Below, one piece after another: positions 52,956 to 64,000 of a stretch of DNA of 64,000 bases (the first letter of the stretch is position 1; each line of letters opens with the position of its first letter). Location of the stretch: NCBI GenBank assembly GCA_016748015.1, contig JAAOMT010000134.1:812757-876756 (forward strand), read 5' to 3'. The stretch is from Geosiphon pyriformis uo1 (Eukaryota; Fungi; Glomeromycota). Under the pieces are notes generated by a model that saw only the letters and a program-made list of their open reading frames with translations, was not told the DNA's origin and did no database searches. The position numbers and the translations under genes are program-made.

Positions 52956-55020
52956 GTGGCAACAAAAACCCCTACCCTTACTGTTTTTGAATTCTGCTGT
53001 GCTATTTACACACAAAATCAAAGTGATCTTGGATTACCAGAAGGGTGTTGTCCAGTAGAATCTGCTCTCACTTATTATATCAACACCAGAATAAATTACC
53101 ACGTAGAAAAGGAAGAAGAACTACATAACATAAAACTTGGATTGTATAGAAAATTATCACAATACACTACAAAGAAAGTAGCAGTAATAGCCACAACTAT
53201 TGTCAAAATCCATTGTGAAATTGAGCAATACACCAATGAAAATTTTTCAATATCTACAGGAAACATTAGGAAACATATTAACAAAGCCAAAAAAAATTTA
53301 GAAACTAATCAAGAAAGTACTCATCAAAAACTAAGAACACCTGCTCAAACACCAAAGAAAACTGTCACATAATTAGTAAAAAAACAATGCCTTCATTTGC
53401 CAGAAGAAAGATCTTACCATTTTTCCCCAAATAATAAAATCCAACTCCTATTAGGAGCTGCATCATCATCCACATCAACCCCACAAATGCCGAAAACTCT
53501 TAATTACACTGAAAAGCTCAAACAATGCAATTGGGGAGATATACCAATTACAGAAGGATATTCATTGCTATTTTAAAAACTTCTTTTTCAACCAAAATTC
53601 AGAGCAGAGTTTGAAAACTGTGAAGAGGAGTCTGAATTAGAATCTGAAGAAACCAGTAAAAAAACAAGCACAAGACTGGTCACTGAAACAAGCAGCCAGT
53701 CCAGAAACCAAGAAACTCATAATCAAAAGAAAAAAGTAATACATACCAACCACCTTAGAAATGCAACCAGAAATTTAGCAGCAGCCAAAATAATTGCTTG
53801 TCACTGTTACTCATAGAATATAGGAAATATAGTATTACTAATCAGTAGATATTAGCCAATTAGAGGTAGACATAGTAAATGTGGAATTCCAGAATTTCTT
53901 TTAGAAGAATTGCAGGATTCCAAGAATTTCAGGATTCCCCGACAAAGAATTGCAGGATTTTCAGAATTTCAGAATTCCCTGACAAAGAATTGCAGGATTC
54001 CAAAATTCCAGGATTTCTCTCATTAGGAATTTCAGGATTCCTGTCACAAGGAATTGAGGAATTGAGGAATCTTAATTATGTATATATAGCAGTAGGATTA
54101 GAAGCTGAAAAGACAGACCTCTCAAGTTTAGATTTAACCTAAGCAACTTTCCAAATCACAACCATCTAATAAATAACTATTTGTTATCTTAAATCTATTT
54201 CCACTATCAACACTTCATGTTAATAGTAATTAACACATAACCACACTGGAACAATAGCTCTTGATCATGGCTATTGACAGAATACTAAACTTGTAAATTA
54301 CCTTGGCTTATTTTTTTTTTTTCTTTATTTTCTTTTTTTTTTCTTTATTTTTTTGCTTTGAGTTTATTGTTGTTTACTAACTCTATTGAGGATTAACGCG
54401 CAGGGCACTGACATCAGGATAAACGTGACTGGTAAAAGACCCAGGAATAAGGATAGAACACTTGATTGAGGATAGCTTACCAGGAGGAATACCAGCCATC
54501 AAGCTGAAAAAAAAATTGACAAAACTGCAGTTTTGGGAAGCTACAAATAAAACTATCACCATTAAATCTCTGTCCATTATATAAAAAACTCAACCAAAGC
54601 CTTCAGATCATCAGGTTTTTATTTAATCCAACAAAAGAAATATTCACTTGTAACATCGCATTAAGACTTCAGAACAGAAACATGTGCCTGCCATTTTTGC
54701 AAATGCGTAGGACATTTAATTGGCCAATGTCAAACGTGAATGATGCAAGAGGCATACAAAAATAATTATTATGCATGCCTTCCAAATGCTCAGAAATTAA
54801 TACATGCTAATACTATGTTAATACCCCACTATATACTAAAATCAAGAAACTTACCAGCAACAACCAGTAATTTCAAACCCAAACTGGTGTTCAGAGTTTT
54901 AAAGCCAGCTATTATTAGGTTAAAATGCAATTATTACTAAAAATCCTAATCACATAAGACCTAATCAGCAAACAAATGCAAACTACCCAAACTACCCAAA
55001 TTTCCAGTCAACTTACCTTA
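52956..55020 (+). pseudogene. Gypsy gag-like region with CCHC zinc knuckle, interrupted by a solo LTR
   Basis: Degenerate ORF pieces; CHFCKCVGHLIGQC (CX2CX4HX4C) at ~54689-54730. Confidence 0.65.
53805..54655. mobile_element. Solo LTR of another LTR-retroelement family (851 bp) with internal ~40-bp tandem repeats
   Basis: TGTTAC...GTAACA termini; 4-bp TSD TCAC (53801-53804) / TCGC (54656-54659); repeats of AGAATTGCAGGATTCC.. at ~53906-54020. Confidence 0.8.
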
Positions 55021-55189
55021 ATATATTGGAAAACTTAAATCTCGGAAATATTAATGATAACGTATTTGGAACCGAAAATATCACCAATAGCCAGAACTTG
55101 ATTCAAACAATACTACCAGCCATTGTTATAGAAAATAGCAGCCTCACAGCTATTTTTTCTTTTGAATTAGAGGAAAAAGAGGCTATGTT

Positions 55190-55590
55190 TAGTGGAGCAG
55201 CATTGAATGAGGAATGTCTAATCACTGCTATATACACAGAAGCAAAAGTAAGCAACACGCCAATCAAACTTATCTTAAACAGTGGATCCGCTGGAAGCAT
55301 TGTGACACTTCAACTAGTAAACCAACTGGGTTTCAAAGTTGATTGCACTGTGATGTCTCAAATTATAACAGCCAATAGAAATACCAAGCTGTCTTATGGC
55401 AAAATTGACTTATTCCCTTTTGAAATTAACAATATAATAATACTTACAAAAGTATTAGTAATGAATGCTACACAATATCAAGTGTTAATAAGGAATGACT
55501 GGCTAACAAAAGCTAATGCCACATTAGACTAGACCACCCAAAAGCTTCTTATCAGCTATAATAACCACTATGCCAGAATTCCAGCCATAT
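55190..55590 (+). pseudogene. Retropepsin aspartic protease domain
   Basis: IKLILNSGSAGSIVT (LDSG mutated to LNSG); VLIRNDWL. Confidence 0.82.
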
Positions 55591-56564
55591 GTGGCCACTT
55601 CCAAAAACCCAGCACCAACCAATGATCTACTTTCGAATTTGAAAAAAATCCAGCCCTACCAGCCATCAAAACTTATCAGCTCTCATAGGCTGATGACCAA
55701 AGAACAGGACTACTGGCCATACCAACATGGAAGAGCGAAGGAAGATCCGAATAGAACCAGATAAGTCCACAAAAAAACTGCCAGCAACGCAGACCAAAAC
55801 TAGAATATTCGGTTTGCAATAAGAAACTTTTGTCCATGACTGCATACAATACACCAAATAAAGACCCAAGAAACCCTACCTACTACTATTGTAACCGTTG
55901 TAACAAAGAAAAATACAGTTACCCAAAAAGACATGAAAAATGGGACAAAGAACTGTGTTTTACTTATGAAGAACCATTGCCAAAAGGGTGTAACTGGATT
56001 GACATGCCAGACAGAAAAGGAACGTGTGACACAACTTGCCAATATACAATCTTCATCTGTGACTGGATAAGAGAAGAAATGCCATTCGAAGCAGTGTTCA
56101 ACAGAGCATTAAGAAAACTGCAGCACTATGTACATGACAAGAACAAATTATATAACACCACACAGGCCAAAGTAAGAGGAGAAACCACCAAAGAAATATG
56201 ACATTGAAAAATGTTAGCCAAAATAGCCAATGAAGTTGTCAACTACAACATATTCGATCCAGTGGACAAATTCCAAGAAAACTACCAACAGCTATGCCTC
56301 ACTCGCCAAGAACAAGAACAGTATTTTATCCAGATTAACACTTACTTTTGCAAAGACTGTCTTATCCTGTGCCAAAGTCAGTGCTATGAAAAGTGTCAAT
56401 ATGAAAGAGACTTGGTAAGAAAAATGGAAATTGAGAATCAGCAGTACCAAAATCAATCAATAAATCAACAAGACTCATCTGATGGTTCCGAGTCAGAAAA
56501 ATTTGTAGCCTATACTGATCTAGAACAAGAGATTGACATCAGATACTTTGACAATAGGCACTTA

Positions 56565-56962
56565 GGAATAATACCTGAAAGAGTCCATTCAACTGATGCT
56601 GGATTTGATCTACGTTATCTGGAAGACCAATCCACAATATTACTACCCAGGAGCATCACCAAAATCAACCTGAAAATAGTGGTTGAAATTCTGCCAGGAA
56701 TAATGGTTTAAATAGTGTCGCGATCAAGTCTTGTGAAAAAAAAATAAGTATTTAAGGAGAAGTAATTGATTCTGGCTACACTAGAAATTTAATGGTTTTG
56801 TTACAGAACAATTCAGAAAAACTTTATACAATTGAATCTAAGAAAAAAATTGCACAAGCAATTTTTCTACCATTGGTAAAAATTGGAAAATTTGTGCCAG
56901 TAGAAAATTGTGAGGAATTGATACAAACAACAAGAGGAACTTTTGGTTTTGGATTAACAGGA
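56565..56962 (+). pseudogene. Trimeric-type dUTPase domain inside pol
   Basis: All five motifs in order: DAGFDL, SRSS, VIDSGY, KIAQAI, RGTFGFGLTG; one frameshift and stops. Confidence 0.9.
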
Positions 56963-57479
56963 AAAGAAATTAAAGCAAATTTTATTGAAATGCCAAAGGA
57001 GAAAAATGAATTAATTAGAAATGAGCAGTTAATTATGTTCATGCCTTATGGAAAATCAGAAATTAAAATAAAAAGGACAATAAAAAATATAAATCTAATA
57101 TTCAAGCCCTACCCAGAAACTTGCCAACAGTTTTCCATAGGACTTACTAACCTTTTTATTCCAGCTAACAAAACACAATGAATAAAAATTCTTATCACGA
57201 ATACCACAGAAAAACTTATATACATTCCAGAAAACACCATCATGGAATACCTTGGAACAGAACTAAAAAACACATTAACACCACAAAAAATTCTAAATTT
57301 TTTAGAAATTGCTCTTTACTGTGAACTCACTTTAATAAAGTGGCAACAACCATTGAAATGCTATCAATTTATGCCAGAAGAATTGGCCAAATTAAATATT
57401 GGAACAATGAATCCAGACCAATAGTAACAATTAAAAGCATTAATTTTAAAATATTCTGATATATTTTCACAAAATAGCA

Positions 57480-58792
57480 AATTTAAAAGAACCAACTTGG
57501 TTTAACACCAAATTTCCACTGGGAATGCCAGACCTGAAAAACAATGTGCTTATTGTGTCCCATCAATGGAGCATAATTTTATCAGAAAAGAAGTCCAAAG
57601 CATGTTAGAAAAAGGAATAATTCAATCATCAATAAGCCCATGGTCCTTACCAGTTGTTTTAGTAAGGAAAAAGAATAGAAAAATTGGATTTTGTGTTGAC
57701 TATCGCAAACTAAACAGCAAAACAACCAAAGACTCATACCCAATACCATTAATTAATAAAATTTTTAACATTTTTAGAGGAGCAAAATGGGTTTTTACAC
57801 TTGACTTAACCAGTAGATACTGACAAATAGAAATAGACCCAAAAGACAGACATAAAACAGCATTTACAACACAAAATGGCAATTATGAGTTCAATGTAAT
57901 GCCATTTGGATTAACAAACACTCTTATAATATTCCAAAGACTAATAAACGTAATTTACTTCGGAATTCTGTGGCAATCCATTGTTGTCTACTTGGACAAT
58001 ACAAATGTTTTCTTGCCAAAATTTGCAGATCATTTCCAATATTTATAACAAGTTTTTGAGAAATTGAGACATGCTGGACTTAAATTAAATTTAGAAAAAT
58101 GTTTCTTTGGAAAAAATGAGCTAGCATTTCTAGGACACATAGTTAGAAAAGATGGAATAAAACCAGATCCATCAAAAATAGACAAAGTGAAAAATTTTCC
58201 AGTATTTTAAAACGTTTCAGAAGTTAGAAGCTTTTTAGAATTCACATCTTACTACTGCCGCTTTGTAAAAAACTTTTCAAACATTGCCAAACCTTTTAAT
58301 TATCTACTATCCAAAAATGTGAAATTTAAATAGACCAAAACACAGCAAAAAGCTTTTGAGTATCTTAGGCAAAAGCTCATTGAATCACTAATAATAATCT
58401 ATTTGGATTTTAACAAGAAATTTATTTTGGCCACAAATGCCTTTGGAACTGGACTTGGAGTCATTCTTTTACAAAAAAATGATAATGGAAGAGAACATGT
58501 AATTGCTTATGCCAGTAGAAGTCTTAGTATGGCAAAGCAAAACTATGCAGCACACAAACTAGAATGTTTAGTAATAGTCTGGAGTTGTGTTTACTTTGAC
58601 ACATATTTACAGTACAAACTTTTTGATATTACCACAGATCATAGAGGTCTGGTCTGATTAAATAACAAGAAAGTACTAAAAGAAAAAATGCCAGATGGTC
58701 ACAAATATTAGCACCATATGATTATATCATCAAATACAAAGGAGGTACCAAAAATGCCAATGCTGACTGTTTGTCAAGAATGAGACACATGT
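57480..58792 (+). pseudogene. Gypsy reverse transcriptase and RNase H
   Basis: SPWSLPVVLVRKK, FCVDYRKLN, KTAFTT, VMPFGLTN, YLDN (from YLDD), FLGH; ATNAFGTGLG, IAYASR, TDH, NANADCLSR then stop. Confidence 0.92.
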
Positions 58793-59102
58793 AAAAATCA
58801 TGAACTCACTTATCAATTAGAGTAATTGACAAAACAACAATCCAACAATTAGAAAGTTTTATTAGAAAAACCAACAGTACATTCAATTTAAAAAGCAGTT
58901 TATGGAATTTTCAAAGCATTTAAAAATTGTCACAAAATATTACTGGATCCAATCATGAACATAATAACAATCAACAGTATTGAATGACTTACCAACTCAC
59001 AATTTCAAAAATTACAAAAAGTTAATAATACAGTATTAGACTACTATAGCAACTTAGAATTCAATGAAGAAATTAATTTCGATTTCGACAGAGCTCAATC
59101 TT

Positions 59103-59114
59103 GAAAGGAGGGGA
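59103..59114 (+). promoter_or_regulatory. Polypurine tract
   Basis: GAAAGGAGGGGA, 3 nt before the 3' LTR. Confidence 0.85.
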
Positions 59115-59117
59115 TAA

Positions 59118-59881
59118 TGTTACAGTTCAAAAATTTAATAGAAATTATAAATAATATAAATTAGTCAATTATAAAATAGCACAGCAACAATTTATAAAAA
59201 GAAATAATTTACAAATAACAGCAAGCACTATTTCACAATAGCAGCAAGCACTATTTAGAAATAATAGAAATAGAGTATTACAAGATGTTAGTTTATAAAA
59301 CAATAATTATATATATATATAATAGTTTTTAATGATGAAAAAAAACAGCTTCAACTAGAAGCAACAAATATCTAAATAAAATCTTATTCAAAAGAATTAA
59401 AAAAAAATAATAATAAATTGAATAAACATCACAATTACGAGATTAACAATAGAATTTACATACCTTCTCTAGCAAATAAAACTATCATTTTATCTCTGAA
59501 TCCTTTGGAAAAATAATCTCTGATCAAGATTATTTACGTGATTACTAATTAAATTGAAAAAAAAGCTTTATTATATACTTAAAGAAATAGTGAAAAGGCC
59601 ATTAATATTCTGTTAGAGAAACACATCAGGCAATTGCAAAAATAGCCTCAGAGAAAACCCCAAACAGTGGGTAGATTTCAGATTAGCCTCTGAAAAGGAG
59701 TACACAACATACAAAGACAATTAGAATTAAAGAAAAGACTTACATCACAACATTAAGAGAAAACCTTTAGTACATTATCATTAATATTCAATACATAAAA
59801 TAAAAAAACTCACAAAAGACTGATTGCAATTAAAATAGGAGATCAATAATTAAAATATATCAAGAAAACACTCCTGTAACA
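59118..59881 (+). repeat. 3' LTR (764 bp) with two 23-bp tandem units
   Basis: TGTTACAG...CTGTAACA (8-bp terminal inverted repeat). Confidence 0.93.
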
Positions 59882-62800
59882 GAGGTTTTTCATACAAAAA
59901 ATCAAAAAAACCCAATGTTGCTGATGGTATAGTGAACTCATTAGCTGGATTTGTACCTATTAGCATTTTACAAGCTGCTTGTAGTAAATGCAAAATGTTT
60001 TGGGATAGTGAAGTAAAAAATGAAGAAGCTAATATTAGTAGAGTATCTAATGTTGAGAACATAAACAATATAATAGCCGAGAAAATGAATTATATAGATT
60101 CAAATACTTCTGAGACTAATGATATAGTGGACAACACAACTCTGAAAAAGACATGTACTAGAACATTTGTCTTGAGTAAGCTGCCAAAAATGCCTTCTTT
60201 TAAAAATTTGAGTAACAATGATGCCAAAATGGTGTTACTTGTGCCTAAGTTTTTTGGGTTTCAATCTTTTCCATTGGCTAAATTATGGAATAAGAAAATT
60301 AGAAATTTTGTTTTTGCTAAATCTTTTATACTGGATATAGATCTGTTGGCAATACCTGGAAAGACTAATAGTGATAAATTAATTGCAGTCAAAAAAGTTT
60401 TCTATTGAATTGATAATTTTAGGGGGGCTTTCACTCTCTTAAAATTTTTAAGAATCATTAGATTATCATTTACATCTGAAGTGAGTTTGAAAAAGGCTAG
60501 AGAGATGGCAATCAGTAAAAAGATTTTGGTCAATGATAATTTCAAGAAAGTAAACAGCTGATTAGATTGAAAAGTGATCGTTAAGGAGATCTTAGTAGAT
60601 CTTCTCAAATCAGCTGTAAAATCTGTGTTCTCCAAATTCAGCAAGATTATCTCAATCAAAATATGATTAATTGGTCTTTGACAAAAGACTTTAGTGAAGT
60701 TTGAATCATCAGATGTGACTAGTTCAGTTGCCTCTAAATGGTTAGTTTTTATGGAAAAAGATTCAGTGTGTATGGCTCTTATTATTGATAACAAGAAATC
60801 TTGAATAACAAGAGATTATTATTGGGCTCTGTTGTATATTTTTTCAATTGAAATCACAGCTTATGATTTGTCTGGTTTGTTGGATTCATATGGTGGAAAA
60901 ATTTGTTTCATTGGCCATAATTCTAGTTCATATGTGTATAATAGATGTACAATAATGTATTTTGCTAATGAGACATTTAAATTAATTGCTATTAGTTCTG
61001 TTCCTGTTTTCAAAGGTGTAAATTTACATTGGGCTGGACTTTTTTTGGCCTGTTGTGCTCTATGTAAACAGTTTGGTCATGTCTCTAATGTTTGTTCAAT
61101 AGATGGAAATTCTAATGGTCATGGTAGATGTATGGTAACTTCTTAGAATTGGGTTTGTTTGGCTAATATATATAAAAAGAAGCAGGCTTCTGTTATGTGT
61201 TCTGTTTCTTTTAAAGGTAAACTTGGGCTTAAATTGCTGGTGGTTTTTCTTTCCATGTGGTTTCATTAGTTCCATCTGGTGGTGGTTCACTTTTGGATAC
61301 AGTGTTTTTTTCTTTGGATCTTGCTTCTTTTGTTGATTCTGGCTTAAGTAATCATTTAGCAGTTTTGGAATGCTCTTTGAAACTTTTGACAGATCAGGTT
61401 TTTGCTCTTGTGGAGAAATTAAGTTCTATGAAGTTAGTACCCTTGGTTACATTTTCTTATGCTCCTTTTTTAGTTGTCCCTGTCTCTTTGGCTCTTGTTT
61501 TGAATTTGAATATGGTTTTGAATAATGTGTTTGTGTTATCTATCCCTTTTTTCTCTGTTGGTTTTGATGTGGTTGCTGATTTTAGCTCTAGTAGTTCTAA
61601 GATTTTGACCACCAAAGTGAGTGGATTGAAGTCGAAAATGGTGGTTTTAGAGGTGTTAATTAGTTCAGTTTTGGAAAGATTGGATTGTTTGTGTTCTGGT
61701 TTGGGTCTGTTAGTTTTCTTTTTATCTCAATAATTGGTTTGGTTTGGAAAATTGCTACATGCAATGCTTGGGATATAAACAATTCTGCAAAGCAGAAAAA
61801 TATTGTTTATTGGCATAAAGATATGAGCAATTTGATTTTGATAATTACTGAGACTAAGTTGAAGAGTAGAGTTTATCTATGAATTGCTGATAAGTTTGAT
61901 AATGTCCATGTCTTTACTTCTGATGTGAACTCTAGTTATTTGGGTTCTAATATAGCTATTATTATGGATATTTCTTTGGCTTATCATGTGTGTAAAATTT
62001 CTGAGATATCTAATTGGCTCCTTTCTGTTAAGTTACTCTTTAAAAATAAACTCTCTATTTCAATTTTGGGGCTGTATGCTGGTACTTCTACTGTGGTTCG
62101 GTTCTTCTAAGCTGGTAATATTAACTCTCTAATTGCAAAAGCTGTGAATAAATCTTCTTTTGTTATTCTTGGTGGCAATTTCAATAAGGATGGTTCTCAC
62201 AAATGTGCTAGTTTCAAAAAGTGTCTGAATTTGGGTTTGGTTAATTCTTTGAGTAGAAGCTCTTTTGCAAAGTTGTCAACATAAAACAATTCTCATGGTT
62301 TTGCTAAAGCCATAGATTATGTGTTTATCTCTTCAAATTTGGTTAATGCTATGGTTAATTATAATGTAGATGGTATTGAAAACTTTTTTAACACTGATCA
62401 TAAAACTGTCTCTGTTTCTATGGGTTTGGGTGGTTTGGTGAATAAGTGGCTAATTTTACTATACAAACAGGCAAATAAGAATTACTGAAAGTTTAATATT
62501 AAAAATGCTGATAAAGTAACATGGTGTAAATTTAAGGATGCTATAGCAGCAAATGCTGCTATATTCTCTAATGATTTTGTTACATCTAAGAAGTTTTTAG
62601 ATCTGAATGCAATATAGAACACTGTTTGTAAAGTGGTGTCTTTCTTGGCCAATAGTGTTTTCAAAAAAAAATGGTTTAAAGAATATGATAAAGTGTTTAC
62701 CAAGGAATTGTCGAGGTTTCACAAACTGAAAGTCTTGGTTTCAAGAATTGTTAAGGCTTTTCATGGAATAATGTCTGATAGGTTTGTCTTTTTTTTAGAG

Positions 62801-64000
62801 TATTAAAGCTTTTTTGATAGTGACAAGACTTCTTTCATTCAGAATTTTGTGAACTCTGATACAAATTCTAATCATATATGTTCTGCTCTCTTTGGTATAA
62901 GAAAGTTTTATTATGCATTTAAGCTGGCTGAGTCATTACATGCTGAGGAGTCAAAAATTAAATCTGTTATTGGGAAATAAATGAAAAGTTTTGTGGTTAA
63001 CAAAAACCACACAATCCATAGTGTATTGGAATGTCTTTTTTATAAGATAACATTAAACCACCTGGTTTCTAAAGGTGTTTTAATTTTGGATCCAGCTGAT
63101 GTTAAGGATAATGTTGACAAAATTATAGAAGATTGGACTAAGAAGAGAGTTGTGTTGAGATATGTTTCTGATTTATGGCAGTGTTAATACCTGCTGTTAG
63201 ATTATATTGATAATAATGCCTTCTTTGGAGTAATAAATGCTATTAGTTATGGAGAATTGGTGCACATGATCAAAGATCTGTTAGATGGTAAAATGGCAGG
63301 TTTGTCAGACATTACAAATGAACTTTGGAAACATTATGATAGTTCTGTGCTCAGTTTGCTTTTAGATCTCTTAAATCTTTATTTAGTTTGTAAATTTGTA
63401 TCTCAATTTTGGAAGAAAGCTTGAGTGTCAATGATTCCTAAATCTTATAAGTGGGAGGACATTCTGACCAATGCTAAGCTGATTGCTTTGATTAAAACTG
63501 CTTGTAAGATTCTTTTTAAGATACTATCTGATAGAATTTTGGTAGTATGCAGTGTGTTCAATGTCTTTCATGGTGACAATTTCTCTATACTAAAAGGCAC
63601 TATTATTTAGTTCTCTATTTTTGCCATTAGATTGGTTGTTGAAAATACTTTGAAAAAGAATTGTGAACTTTGGCTTGTTTTACAGGATATGTAAAAGGCC
63701 TATAACTCTGTGAGTTGGCATTACTTATAGAATAGTTTGGTTTGAATTAAGATGTATGACCATTTTATAAGACTTTTTAGAAGTATTCACAATGATCATG
63801 TTAATCATATTATAACTGATTTTGGTTTGACTAATAGATCCTGGATGCATGATGGTCTTGATTAGGGTGAAGTGTTCTCTCTTTTGCTGTGAAAAATTTT
63901 CTATGATCCCCTTTTGTGTAAGATTAAGAGACAGAAAAGTTTATATGAATACTGAATTGACACTAAGTTTGTTGCTAAGACTGACAGATTGGAGAACCAA

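Larger units (their letters stand above)
52045..59881 (+). mobile_element. Ty3/Gypsy LTR retrotransposon (gag, protease, Cys-rich insert, dUTPase, RT, RNase H; no visible integrase), inactivated
   Basis: Paired LTRs with TG...CA ends, PBS, PPT, and Gypsy-type RT/RNase H motifs. Confidence 0.93.
51827..64000 (+). mobile_element. Second, diverged LINE of the same family; interrupted by the Gypsy element at 52045-59881 and running off the window end
   Basis: ORF1 starts MDSVSFFAGGSGSVLAGL (51935) and resumes GFSYKKSKK after 59882; CALCKQFGHVSNVC knuckle; ORF2 from ~61730 with WKIATCN, ETKL, ILGGNFN, TDH, LIALIKTACK. Confidence 0.9.

Noticed and set aside
53881-54070. Heat-shock-element-like GAA/TTC arrays in the solo LTR
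   Set aside because: Spacing is GAAnTTC or GGATTCC rather than nGAAnnTTCn

Overview
Eukaryotic, AT-rich, intron-dense fungal DNA. Gene content and transposon types suggest a non-Dikarya fungus, plausibly Glomeromycota (inference). From about 1.5 to 43.7 kb there are CpG-retaining gene islands separated by extremely AT-rich blocks. The genes are: a very large BEACH-WD40-FYVE (ALFY/WDFY3/Bph1-like) gene, an HSDL2-like SDR ending in SKL, TRAPP subunit Trs33, an H2A.Z with an unusually long N-tail, ERO1, LEO1, RIC1, a head-to-head pair of propionyl-CoA carboxylase beta and alpha genes, and APC/C subunit CDC26. Between RIC1 and PCCB lies a frameshifted relic of a Fanzor2/TnpB-type RNA-guided nuclease, with RuvC motifs and 3' hairpins that may be an omegaRNA scaffold; the ORF track shows only a fragment of it. 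From 44.7 kb to the window end is a transposon nest: two head-to-head RNase H-type LINEs, the second interrupted by a two-LTR Ty3/Gypsy element. That element carries a dUTPase and a Cys-rich insert, has no visible integrase, and itself contains a solo LTR. The retroelements show heavy C-to-T/G-to-A hypermutation that appears biased to TpC/CpC and CpG. All exon boundaries and alignments were done by eye.
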